Source: Fibrobacteria bacterium (GTDB lineage: Bacteria > Fibrobacterota > Fibrobacteria > UBA11236). From it: 64,000 bases of DNA. This document shows, piece by piece, positions 18,611-28,282 of this stretch. Positions within the stretch are counted from its first letter, which is position 1, and each line of letters starts with the position of its first letter. The notes below the pieces were generated by a model. The model did not search any database, was not told the DNA's origin, and was given only the letters and a program-made list of their open reading frames with translations. The DNA is taken from positions 1-64,000 of the forward strand of contig JAYTSD010000031.1 in assembly GCA_043745805.1 (NCBI GenBank), read 5' to 3'. The position numbers and the translations under genes were made by a program.

Positions 18611-19486
18611 TAATCCTTTTAAAAACCCGGCACTCAATTGTTGCGTCGCTAAGGCGATGTTTTTTAAGGAATGACCGCCTTTAGTATTGCGCGTATGAAA
18701 TTCTATAAAGTGTTGGATGCGCCAAAGAAATAAATAAGTAAATCCTAGCTTTCCATTGCGCGCAAAAAAAAGTGCTTCATTAAAAATTTGATCGAGATAA
18801 AAGTTTTTTTGGAAGGCGTCGGATCGGCAACCTCCAGACGGCTCTTTTAAATGAAAGATTTTTGCTTCGGGAATGCACATAATTTTGACACCGAGTTTGC
18901 GCGCCCGCAAAGCTAGATCAATTTCTTCCCCCTGTGAACTGCCTTTAAATAAAGGAGAAAAATGGGGTGGAGCGGGCAAAGTATTTTTCGGTATAAGCAC
19001 ATGACCTCCACCAAAAAGTGGGACTTCTTCACAAGTGGTAAACTTTATACGTGTACGGATTTCACCGGTTTTAAGATTAATAAAACCCGCGCCTTGCAAA
19101 TGATCGGCATTATCGGTTTGTTCCACCGAACCTGCCATGATGCATCCTGGAAAGCGCTGAATAGCTTTGCGCCAAGCTTCCAACAGATCCGGTTCCGGAA
19201 TTATATCATCGTCCAAAAAAAGTACATGCTCATGATGTGCATTGGCTAAGCCTAAATTACGGGCGCGTGTAAGAGACGGTTTGGCCTGCCTTAGAATGCA
19301 AATATTTTGATTTATCCATTCCCTAGGTAAACGGAGCGGTGGTTCATTTTGATCAATAATAAGAATTTCATCTTTTGCTTGGAGCTGGGGTAACAATAAT
19401 TTAAGTGTATTCCATAAAACATCTATACGACCGAGAGTTGGAATTAAAATGGAGAGCGGTTGCGCCGATGTTTTCACTATTCCCAT
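18590..19486 (-). CDS. Glycosyltransferase family 2
   Basis: ILIPTLGR, ARNLGL, FLDDD, EEIDL..R. Confidence 0.9.
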   Translation of the reverse strand: MGIVKTSAQPLSILIPTLGRIDVLWNTLKLLLPQLQAKDEILIIDQNEPPLRLPREWINQNICILRQAKPSLTRARNLGLANAHHEHVLFLDDDIIPEPDLLEAWRKAIQRFPGCIMAGSVEQTDNADHLQGAGFINLKTGEIRTRIKFTTCEEVPLFGGGHVLIPKNTLPAPPHFSPLFKGSSQGEEIDLALRARKLGVKIMCIPEAKIFHLKEPSGGCRSDAFQKNFYLDQIFNEALFFARNGKLGFTYLFLWRIQHFIEFHTRNTKGGHSLKNIALATQQLSAGFLKGLLSRYFG

Positions 19487-21082
19487 TTAGGGTTTCCATA
19501 GCGGTGAATTTAATTCGCTAGATTTTTTTTTGTTAAAACGAAAAATTCCTGTGAGTGCGATAAGGGAATCGGGATGTGATTGATCACTCCAATGTTTATT
19601 TATAAAACCTTGAATTAATCCATTAAGTATAGCAGGTTGTGGGGAAGTTGTAAGGCGAATCGCTAAATCATTAGTGGGCAAACTATAATACAAAAATTTA
19701 TTTCCTTGAGCATCTACGCTATTAAATGCCAGTTTAAAACCTGTTTGCGAAGAGTTAAAATTATCTTGGCCCGATTTTATATTGGCCACTAACCAAGTGG
19801 TATCATGGGAATATTGTGCTAGCTCATAATGATCTAATGTATCGGTATGCCTCACCGGAGAAAAATAATAAGGCAACGTGTCGGCATCGATGTATAGTTG
19901 CACAAAGGGAGCGTTGCTAAAACGCGTCAAGGGATCTTTGACAATATTATTGGAATCGGCCTTGCTGAAGTATAATGTTAAACTTTGATTATAGCCCGGT
20001 TGGGCGGCCATGGATAGTGATAAGGTAGAATCCGTAAGCGTATATTTTTCTTGTTTTAAATTTATTAATTTCGATGAAGGTATAAGCGAATCTTGAATTT
20101 TCATCCAAATGAACCCTGAATCGGCATCCCAACTTTGATAATTAGGTAAGAGTTTTTCCATATTGGTAATTAATGCTAAGGTATGATTGGCATAAAACTT
20201 TAAATCAAAAAACTGTCCATAGTGTCCATAGAATATTTCACGTCCGCGCACTAAGCTGTCCATACGCCAATAAGTTAAAATGGGATTCAGCGCTAGATAA
20301 TTTTTTTGTATGGTCGGAGTTACTTTGAAAACATAAAATCCTGAATCGATTTTTTGATTGTGCAGAGGCCAAAGGCGTAATGAATCGGGCCGTATAAATT
20401 CCAAAATAAAATTTTGCGGCGTGCGTACTAAAGTGTCGCCATGTAATTGCCAAGGGCCTTTTTGAAAATCAGATAAACCATGGATATTGTTTTCCCAGAT
20501 TAAAGAATCGGCATGAATCGTAAATGTGGTAAAATGCGAATTAAAACTTTCGGAAAAAAGGGTATCTCCTGCGCTACGGTAGATTTTTTCTTCCCAAATT
20601 TTATGGGTTAATAGGCTATCCCATTGTGAAGTTACGGGCCGTATAAATTTATGGAAATACGTGTAACGTACATTTTTTACATCGAAAATTTCGAGATAAT
20701 TACCGAGGAAGGTAAACTTTAAAATAAAAGTTTTTGTGTCGGTTTCAGAAAGAGTAAGTGCTAAGGTATCGCCATGTAAAACGGCTTTGCATTTGGCGTT
20801 TTGGGAAAATACCAGATGGCTAGAATCAAATACTAAAGCCTTTCCGTCCCTATAAAATTCCAGCTGCACAATATTTTGCCTAATCAGTTTTTGGGCTTGG
20901 GAATCTTTTATGGTAAAAGTGCTATCGCCTATCCATTCTCCAACTAGGGTGAACCAAGTTCCGGGGTAGGGGGTATTAATCGCTTTGTGAATATTACCTT
21001 GTGGGTCATCCAAATTTAAAGAGCAATGCATGTAAAACACTGACAAAAACAGGAAGGCAAATAAAAAAAAGCCATTTCTCAT
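19487..21082 (-). CDS. Large exported protein, probably a lipoprotein, possibly with tandem lipocalin-like beta domains
   Basis: Hydrophobic signal ending in Cys20; LVGEW and GPWQLHGDTL motifs; many D-[S/T]-x motifs. Confidence 0.7.
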   Translation of the reverse strand: MRNGFFLFAFLFLSVFYMHCSLNLDDPQGNIHKAINTPYPGTWFTLVGEWIGDSTFTIKDSQAQKLIRQNIVQLEFYRDGKALVFDSSHLVFSQNAKCKAVLHGDTLALTLSETDTKTFILKFTFLGNYLEIFDVKNVRYTYFHKFIRPVTSQWDSLLTHKIWEEKIYRSAGDTLFSESFNSHFTTFTIHADSLIWENNIHGLSDFQKGPWQLHGDTLVRTPQNFILEFIRPDSLRLWPLHNQKIDSGFYVFKVTPTIQKNYLALNPILTYWRMDSLVRGREIFYGHYGQFFDLKFYANHTLALITNMEKLLPNYQSWDADSGFIWMKIQDSLIPSSKLINLKQEKYTLTDSTLSLSMAAQPGYNQSLTLYFSKADSNNIVKDPLTRFSNAPFVQLYIDADTLPYYFSPVRHTDTLDHYELAQYSHDTTWLVANIKSGQDNFNSSQTGFKLAFNSVDAQGNKFLYYSLPTNDLAIRLTTSPQPAILNGLIQGFINKHWSDQSHPDSLIALTGIFRFNKKKSSELNSPLWKP

Positions 21083-21139
21083 ACTGCATATTTTACCATA
21101 ATATAGGCTCTTTTAGCTTGGGTCTTTAAAAGCTAAGTT

Positions 21140-21856
21140 TTGCAAAGAATGCAGGAATTTTTACACGCAGATATAATTATGGTAATCCCTGCTTATAATA
21201 GTGCGCATTGCCTTCCTGCAATTCTTAAATCCCTATTAGAAAAAGTCCCTGCCCACCAAATTTTAATTATTGATGATGGGTCAACTGATGGTACTTTTAT
21301 TGAAGTACAAAATCTGCAAATAGCCTGTGTGCGTCATCCACAGAATCAAGGTAAAGGCAGTGCATTATCTACGGGGTTGCAAGCGGCCAATGAGCGTGGC
21401 TTCAAATGGATGCTGAGTTTAGATGCCGATGGACAGCATGCCTTAGCCGATATAGTTTTATTTAATCAGGCTTCGCAATTACCTGGTGCAGGTATAATTG
21501 TTGGACAACGTCCTATTGGTGGAGAAATGCCCTGGCATAGACGATTTAGTAATTGGCTAACTACCGCAGCAGTTTCTCAATTAGCTGGTAGACCGGTTTT
21601 TGATGCGCAATGTGGGTATCGTTTATATCTTTCGGAATTAGCCTCTTTGTTACCCATACAAGGACGTTTTGAATGGGAAGCCCAAGCACTTATATTATGC
21701 ACGCGCTTGGGTTATAAAGTGCAAGCTGTGCCCGTGCAAACAATTTATACAGGGAATGGTTCGCATATGCAAATTATTCCCGATACTTTAAGGTTTTTAA
21801 AAATGATGTGGATTTTATTATGGACAACTGGAATCAAGCGCGCCAACAACTCATAG
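21140..21856 (+). CDS. Glycosyltransferase family 2, polyprenol-phosphate/DPM synthase-like (ATG at 21149 likely)
   Basis: IPAYN, DDGSTD, NQGKG, DADGQH, DAQCGYR. Confidence 0.9.
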   Translation: MQRMQEFLHADIIMVIPAYNSAHCLPAILKSLLEKVPAHQILIIDDGSTDGTFIEVQNLQIACVRHPQNQGKGSALSTGLQAANERGFKWMLSLDADGQHALADIVLFNQASQLPGAGIIVGQRPIGGEMPWHRRFSNWLTTAAVSQLAGRPVFDAQCGYRLYLSELASLLPIQGRFEWEAQALILCTRLGYKVQAVPVQTIYTGNGSHMQIIPDTLRFLKMMWILLWTTGIKRANNS

Positions 21857-22464
21857 AGGGCGTTTGGCAAAAGCTCGGCTTGCGCAATGATGGGTTAAAA
21901 AAAATCATGCTTGCGATTCCACGTCATCGATTTGTGGACTCCGCCTTAGGCCGGCAAGCTTATACTGATACGTCCTTACCTATTGATGGACAACAAACTA
22001 TTTCTCAACCCTCTATGGTCGCTACCATGACGAATGCTTTAGCTCCACAAAAAAATGATAAAATCCTGGAAATTGGAACGGGTTCTGGTTATCAAACGGC
22101 GGTGCTGGCTCATTATACTCCACGAATTTACACGGTAGAAAGAGTTGCTCCTTTGTCGCAAAAAGCGCGCTTAATTCATGAAGAAATGGGACTGCGCAAT
22201 ATTATTTACAAAATTGGAGATGGCAGCAATGGTTGGGAAAGTTGGGCACCATTTGATAGAATAATTGTTACTGCGGGTGCGCCAGTGGTTACCGAGGCTT
22301 TGAAAAAACAACTTGCTGAGGGAGGGCGATTGCTTATTCCTTGTGGAGATAGAGAAACACAGAAGTTACTGCAAATTGATAGGCTTGGCGATCTATTTAT
22401 AGAAACCGATTTAGGGCCCTGTCGCTTTGTACCCTTGATTGGACAAGGGGGATGGGAAAAGTAG
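21808..22464 (+). CDS. pcm: Protein-L-isoaspartate O-methyltransferase
   Basis: PRHRFV, QTISQP, LEIGTGSGYQ, APFDRIIVTA, FVPL. Confidence 0.96.
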   Translation: MDFIMDNWNQARQQLIEGVWQKLGLRNDGLKKIMLAIPRHRFVDSALGRQAYTDTSLPIDGQQTISQPSMVATMTNALAPQKNDKILEIGTGSGYQTAVLAHYTPRIYTVERVAPLSQKARLIHEEMGLRNIIYKIGDGSNGWESWAPFDRIIVTAGAPVVTEALKKQLAEGGRLLIPCGDRETQKLLQIDRLGDLFIETDLGPCRFVPLIGQGGWEK

Positions 22465-22487
22465 CAGCACACTTTTCCTTGATTAGT

Positions 22488-24629
22488 TTACAACTCTATA
22501 GTCGCGGCTAAGGCTTGCTCAATGGTGATTTCACCTTTCAACACGAGCTCAATACTACTGTGACGTAAATTCTTCATTCCTTCTTTTTCCGCTTGAGCCG
22601 CAATATCAATCGATGAAGCATTGCGTAAAATAAGTTGCCGGATGGTTTTAGAGATTTCGAGCATTTCAAAAATACCGATACGGCCGGAGTAACCTGTACC
22701 ATGACAAGCCACACAACCCTCGCCGCGATAAAATTTTTGATTTCCGTCCAAGGGTAAATGCAATTGCACTAAAAGTTCTTCGGTGGGCGCATATTCATTT
22801 TTGCAGCGCGCGCAGATGCGTCGGACTAATCGTTGGGCGACTACCAAATTGAGACTGGAGGCTAATAATAAAGGCGGGATCCCAATATCTACAAAACGCG
22901 TAACAGCACTTGCGGCATCATTGGTATGCAAGGTGGAAAAAACCGTATGGCCCGTTAGCGCCATTTTAACCGCTATATCTGCGGTTTCGGCATCACGAAT
23001 TTCACCAATAAGAATGGTGTCTGGATCTTGGCGAAGGATTGAACGCAAGGCACTTGCAAAAGTCATTCCGATGGCGCTATTGACTTGAACTTGTGTAATA
23101 TTTTCCATGTGAAATTCTACGGGATCTTCTACCGTGATAATATTTTCGGAAACACTTTTAATACTTTGCAGCGCGGAATAAAGTGTGGTGGATTTACCGC
23201 TACCCGTAGGTCCCGTAACAACGACCATGCCATAGGGTTTGGAAATATTAGTGTGAAAAATATCCAATTCATGAGGCGTGAATCCTAAGCTTTCCATATT
23301 TTTTTGAAAAGACTCTTTATCTAAAATACGCAGCACAGCCTTTTCACCAAATATAGTCGGCAAAATTGAGACACGAATATCAATTTCTTGGATGCCCATG
23401 CGCACGGCCATACGCCCATCTTGCGGTAAACGGCGTTCGGCAATGTTTAAATCCGAAAGAATTTTAACACGCGTAATTAAAGCCTGATGCGTATGCTTGG
23501 GAGGCGACATCACGCGACGGAGTTCTCCATCAATACGATAACGTACAATGAGTTCTTTTTCCATGGGCTCAATATGAATATCACTTGCGCGATCGCGAAC
23601 GGCATTACTGATTAGTAAATTTACTAGTTTAATAATTCCCAATTCCGCACCAGCAGATACTGCTTCTTCCACATTAATTTCATCGGGTGTGGTTTTTAGA
23701 AATTGGATGTCCTGGCCTAAATCACTCATTAATTCCGAAGCGCTTCGATGCGAAGCAATATCGCCATAATATCTATCTAAGGAAACCTGTATTTCATCTA
23801 AGGTTCCCAAAATGGGATGGATTTGTAATTCCGTGATATCGCGTAAGCTATCAAGTAAACGCAAATTCATCACGTCTAGCATGGCCACGGTTAAAGCACG
23901 ATCATGTTTTTCTAAAGCGACGCAATGGTATTCTCGAGCCATACGTTCGGGAATCAAAGCGACAACATTAAAATCGGCGGAAGCATATTGTTTTGGTGTA
24001 GCCATCGCCACGCCCATTTGACTGGCAAGAAAATGGGTTTTTTGATAATTGTCAATGTAACCTAAGGCAACTAATGCTTCTCCTAAGCGAATATTGGTGG
24101 TCTTTCTTTGATAGTCCAAAGCCTTTTTTAATTGCACCGGAGAAATGATTTCGCTTTCCACCAAAATGGAACCTAAAGCTTGCGTTTTTCTATGGTCGTG
24201 TCTTGCTGATTTGGTATGGCTTATTCGAATAGAGACCAAATAGGTTTTAATGATTTTGATTAAAGCTTCGGAGGCTAAGGGTAAGTAAATAAATTCATCA
24301 GCGGCGATTTCAGATTTAAATTCTTGAATAGTTTCTGCGGCACCTTCAAGTATAATGGCTATTAATGCCGGCACTTTGCTTACCAGTTTCAACGAAGCAA
24401 TATCTTGAATAAATGCGTCGAAAGGATCATTTGGTCCAAAAACAGCAAATACCAATTCACTATTTATTTTTTCCAAATTACGAAAATTGCCTGCGGACAA
24501 TGCGAGTAATTGAGACAATTCGGGAATTTTTAAATAATTGGCAGTCGTCACTAAATGTTCTTTTTGATAAGCCAGAATGCTGGTTTTTAGTGGCTCATGA
24601 GAATCGTGATGATGTTGTTCAGGGCTCAT
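22488..24629 (-). CDS. pilB: PilB/GspE assembly ATPase with MshEN repeats and an N-terminal receiver-like domain
   Basis: ASDIHIEP, GPTGSGKSTT, EDPVE, LRQDPD, tetracysteine Zn motif; LGxxL...LxxQ repeats. Confidence 0.9.
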   Translation of the reverse strand: MSPEQHHHDSHEPLKTSILAYQKEHLVTTANYLKIPELSQLLALSAGNFRNLEKINSELVFAVFGPNDPFDAFIQDIASLKLVSKVPALIAIILEGAAETIQEFKSEIAADEFIYLPLASEALIKIIKTYLVSIRISHTKSARHDHRKTQALGSILVESEIISPVQLKKALDYQRKTTNIRLGEALVALGYIDNYQKTHFLASQMGVAMATPKQYASADFNVVALIPERMAREYHCVALEKHDRALTVAMLDVMNLRLLDSLRDITELQIHPILGTLDEIQVSLDRYYGDIASHRSASELMSDLGQDIQFLKTTPDEINVEEAVSAGAELGIIKLVNLLISNAVRDRASDIHIEPMEKELIVRYRIDGELRRVMSPPKHTHQALITRVKILSDLNIAERRLPQDGRMAVRMGIQEIDIRVSILPTIFGEKAVLRILDKESFQKNMESLGFTPHELDIFHTNISKPYGMVVVTGPTGSGKSTTLYSALQSIKSVSENIITVEDPVEFHMENITQVQVNSAIGMTFASALRSILRQDPDTILIGEIRDAETADIAVKMALTGHTVFSTLHTNDAASAVTRFVDIGIPPLLLASSLNLVVAQRLVRRICARCKNEYAPTEELLVQLHLPLDGNQKFYRGEGCVACHGTGYSGRIGIFEMLEISKTIRQLILRNASSIDIAAQAEKEGMKNLRHSSIELVLKGEITIEQALAATIEL

Positions 24630-24644
24630 TAGGACTTTCGTAAT

Positions 24645-25712
24645 TTATCCGTTTAAATTTTTCAGTAGTTCATCTTTGTCGAGACTAGCAAATAAAGCAT
24701 CTGCTTTTGCGACCACATTATTTTTGACCAAATAAGTAAGACTTTGATTTAAAGATTGCATCCCACTGCGTGAGCCTACTTGAATTTGATTATCAATATG
24801 ATGTAATTTATTCTCGCGAATCAAGGAGCGAATCGCATCATTCGCCACCATTACTTCGCAGGCAAGCCTTAAGCCGCCATCAATTTTAGGGAGTAATGTT
24901 TGGGTTACCACGGCATTTAATGTCATCGATAATAAAGTGCGTACATGACCTTGCTTATCGCCAGGAAAAACATCGATAATACGCGAAAGCGTTTGACTAC
25001 ATGAGTTTGTATGTAATGTGGCAAAACAAAGATGTCCGGTTTCCGAAATTGACAATGCACTTTGTACACTCTCTTCATCACGCATTTCGCCGAGCATAAC
25101 CACATCGGGATTTTGTCTTAAGGCACTTTTTAAAGCCGATTTAAAGGACTTCGTATCGGCACCTACTTCGCGTTGATCGATAGTGCAGTTTTTGTGACTA
25201 TGTAAAAACTCAATGGGTTCTTCAATCGTTAAAATATGCGCCTGACGCGTAATATTGATATGATTAATCATGGCTGCTAATGTGGTGCTTTTGCCTGCTC
25301 CTGATGGGCCAGCAAGTAAGATTAAGCCGTTAGGTCGATCACACATTTCTTTTAAAACGGACGGTAAACTTAACTCATCAAAAGTAGGGATTTCAAAAGG
25401 AATGCGCCGTATCGCAGCGGCTACGGTACCTCTTTGCATATATACATTTGCTCGAAAGCGTGACAAGCCTTGTACGCTAAAGGAAAAATCAACTTCCCAT
25501 TCTAGCTCTAATTTTTTATGCTGACTCTCATTCATAATATGATAAGCCAGCTCTTTAGATTTACGTGGGGTAAGGTTGGGTAAGTCCAAAGAGATAAGTT
25601 GTTTGTCTATGCGAATACGAGGAGGAATTCCTACGCTTAAAATAAGATCAGTTGCTTTACGCTCAATGAGCAAAGCAAGCAAATCCCCGCAAGAATAATC
25701 TTTTTGTGTCAC
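24645..25712 (-). CDS. pilT: Type IV pilus retraction ATPase (GTG start at 25712; ORF track extends into the secretin gene)
   Basis: GPSGAGKSTT, EEPIE, QREVG, ETGHL, AIRSLIRE (AIRNLIRE motif). Confidence 0.92.
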   Translation of the reverse strand: MTQKDYSCGDLLALLIERKATDLILSVGIPPRIRIDKQLISLDLPNLTPRKSKELAYHIMNESQHKKLELEWEVDFSFSVQGLSRFRANVYMQRGTVAAAIRRIPFEIPTFDELSLPSVLKEMCDRPNGLILLAGPSGAGKSTTLAAMINHINITRQAHILTIEEPIEFLHSHKNCTIDQREVGADTKSFKSALKSALRQNPDVVMLGEMRDEESVQSALSISETGHLCFATLHTNSCSQTLSRIIDVFPGDKQGHVRTLLSMTLNAVVTQTLLPKIDGGLRLACEVMVANDAIRSLIRENKLHHIDNQIQVGSRSGMQSLNQSLTYLVKNNVVAKADALFASLDKDELLKNLNG

Positions 25713-25719
25713 AGCAAAA

Positions 25720-27102
25720 TCATGGCGCAAAACGATGTGAATCGGGAGTAGGAAGATTTTTCTCTTCACTATCGGGAGGAGCAACGCTTTTTTCTTTATG
25801 CACACGATCCTCATAGGTTTCCTCTTTGTATCCCGCCGACAATTCTTCGGGATGACGTATGATGCGTGGCTTAATTTCGATAATCAAATTAGTTTTTCTT
25901 TTGGTGTTAACCTGATGCGTAAACAAAGGTCCAATTAAGGGGATTTGGCCTAAGACTGGAAACTTATGGGTTTCCTTGGTTTCTTCTTCTTGTAAAAGTC
26001 CAGCCAGAAATATGGTTTGACCGTCGGGCACTCTAACGGTAGTACTTATTTTACGAACTTTCACTAAAGGTAAATCAGAGTTTGGGCCTTTAAATCCAGT
26101 GATAGAACTTACTTCCGGTTCCAAATTCAAAGTGATTTCTGCATCTTCATTCACATGCGGCATCATTTTTAATTTCACACCCACTTCTTCATGTTGCACT
26201 TGCATATTTGCGCCGGCTGTTCCGCCTTGGGCGAAGTTATAAGTTTGAATAGTATACGGAATTTTTTCTCCTATATGTAAATTCGCTTCCCGATTATTTG
26301 TCGTAGTTAATTTTGAGTTCATCAATAAGCGTGCATTGCCATTTTGAATTAACAAATCTAATGCGGCTCGAAAGGTCATTTGTCCGCGCATCCAACCCGA
26401 CGATAAATCGCTAGTAAGGCTTGCCGGAGAATTATTGATAATGCTTTGAATGGGGGATAGCCCCGCCCAATCCACACCTAATCTATTCATGGCATCGACA
26501 GATACTTCAATTAATCGAACTTCTAAAAGTACTTGAATATTGGGAAAGTCTACCGCTTTAACAATACGTTCTATTTCATTAATAACGCGAGGACTCGTAT
26601 AAGCAATAAGACGATTACCGCCTTTGTCTACCTTTACATTTTTACTTAAATCACCCAGCATACCGGCTACTTCTTCAGCATTAGCGTAGTTTAAGTTTAT
26701 CACATAACCGCTTTGACCCACTTCATTATTTAACTTTCCGGGTTCACCAATGAGCACTGAATTTCCATTGATTTCATAGGACAATCCGGCTGCACGTACC
26801 ACTAGATCAATTGCTTCAGCAACTGGCGTTTTTTGTAAAATGATGGTGATACGTTCTTTTTGCACGCCTTGTCCCGTAACAAAATTCATACTGCTACGTT
26901 CTGCTAAAATTTTTAATACTTCGGAAAGGCTTGCATCTTGGGCATTTAAGGAAATGGGTACACGCAAGAGCGGATTTAAATCTTTGGAAACAACCGGAGA
27001 TGTTGCCGCCTGTATTTTAGACAGGGGGAGTGAAAGGGTAAGCGTAAGCACGAATAAGAAAACCCCGTTTCGTGAAAGGCAAAGGAGCAAAAAATTTGGC
27101 AT
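25720..27102 (-). CDS. Type II/IV secretin (short PilQ/GspD-like)
   Basis: Signal peptide, STN/N0 and N3-like domains, GVKLKMMPHV, PVLGQIPLIGPLF. Confidence 0.9.
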   Translation of the reverse strand: MPNFLLLCLSRNGVFLFVLTLTLSLPLSKIQAATSPVVSKDLNPLLRVPISLNAQDASLSEVLKILAERSSMNFVTGQGVQKERITIILQKTPVAEAIDLVVRAAGLSYEINGNSVLIGEPGKLNNEVGQSGYVINLNYANAEEVAGMLGDLSKNVKVDKGGNRLIAYTSPRVINEIERIVKAVDFPNIQVLLEVRLIEVSVDAMNRLGVDWAGLSPIQSIINNSPASLTSDLSSGWMRGQMTFRAALDLLIQNGNARLLMNSKLTTTNNREANLHIGEKIPYTIQTYNFAQGGTAGANMQVQHEEVGVKLKMMPHVNEDAEITLNLEPEVSSITGFKGPNSDLPLVKVRKISTTVRVPDGQTIFLAGLLQEEETKETHKFPVLGQIPLIGPLFTHQVNTKRKTNLIIEIKPRIIRHPEELSAGYKEETYEDRVHKEKSVAPPDSEEKNLPTPDSHRFAP

Positions 27103-27174
27103 AATTTAACTTTCTAAAACCAACCGTGATTTTTTCCCAGTTTGGCTTTAAATTTAAAATAAGGTTAATATAAA

Positions 27175-27753
27175 TTAATGACGAATGACTTCTTTTTTGC
27201 CTGAGACATCATAATAATACTGTACGCCGTCTTTTTCCATGATGACGCTTTCCTTGGTAATCTTAATCACTCTACGGCCATTAACGGTATCTCCAGCATC
27301 CACCGATAAAGAACGCTCACCATCCATAACCACGGCGGTATTAATTCCATAATCATCCGTCACAATCGCGGTAAGTCGCACAGGATCCACTTCATCCTTT
27401 ATGTTGAGACTTGGGTTGGAGTTTTCTTTTGTGGCGACTTTGCGTTTCGAGGCCTCAGGCAATACCACTTGACGAGTTTTTCCCGTGAGAGGATCTTTTT
27501 CACCTCCATAGCCGAAACTGGCGCGAGTCGCGAGAATGTCTTCCATGTGGCGAACTAAATCCACAAGCTTTTTGTCATAGCCTTCAGTTGAAAGTTGGGA
27601 TTGAAAAACCGTAGTTTGAAATTGATCGTGGAGGAAATACGAACGTAACAATAAAATGAAGCCTAAAACAAAGGCGAAAGCCGCAGCTCCAAAAAAAGGA
27701 TTCCATTTCATATTCAACCTACTAGCCCTTACGAATCCGATAGGTGTTGACAC
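27175..27753 (-). CDS. PilP/GspC-like periplasmic pilus assembly protein (probable start MKWNPF at about 27711)
   Basis: N-terminal TM; LTAI...AVV.G....GD.V.G.RV.KI...V domain; lies between pilO and the secretin. Confidence 0.6.
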   Translation of the reverse strand: MSTPIGFVRASRLNMKWNPFFGAAAFAFVLGFILLLRSYFLHDQFQTTVFQSQLSTEGYDKKLVDLVRHMEDILATRASFGYGGEKDPLTGKTRQVVLPEASKRKVATKENSNPSLNIKDEVDPVRLTAIVTDDYGINTAVVMDGERSLSVDAGDTVNGRRVIKITKESVIMEKDGVQYYYDVSGKKEVIRH

Positions 27754-28282
27754 GGATTTTTATAAGAACCCCTTTATGATCGACAACGGCTGATTTAGTC
27801 TCTTTGTTAGAGCTACTCGCAGCTTGAGCTAAATCAACTTGGAAATTTTCTATCGCTACGATACGGCGACTATTTTCAATTTTGGAACACAGTTCGCCGA
27901 ATTTGAAAAAATCACCTTCTAATTCCAAATCATAGGCTGTCATTGTAATTCGTCCATTAAAGGTGGGAGGCAAAGGTTTTAAGGAAATCAATTTAAGTTT
28001 TAAATCATTTAAACAAGAGGTTACAAACTGATAGAAAGCGGTTTCCGCATTTAAAGTATCTGGATTTCCAGGTATATCCATATTTTTAAAAACCAAATCA
28101 TGAACATGATTCAAGTTTTCAGAAATAATTTTGGCGGTAGCTAGCTTATTGGAGGTAATGATGCGCTGACTTTGCAAATTTTTAAAGCGTTTTTCGAAAT
28201 TCGAGACATAAAGCTGATCGGCTAAGAGTAATACTAATGCGAGTATACCCAGAATGAGTCCAAGTTGTTTGGCATTTTTCAT
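27722..28282 (-). CDS. PilO-like protein
   Basis: TM, coiled coil, LEGDFFKFGEL..IEN..RI; operon position. Confidence 0.7.
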   Translation of the reverse strand: MKNAKQLGLILGILALVLLLADQLYVSNFEKRFKNLQSQRIITSNKLATAKIISENLNHVHDLVFKNMDIPGNPDTLNAETAFYQFVTSCLNDLKLKLISLKPLPPTFNGRITMTAYDLELEGDFFKFGELCSKIENSRRIVAIENFQVDLAQAASSSNKETKSAVVDHKGVLIKIRVNTYRIRKG

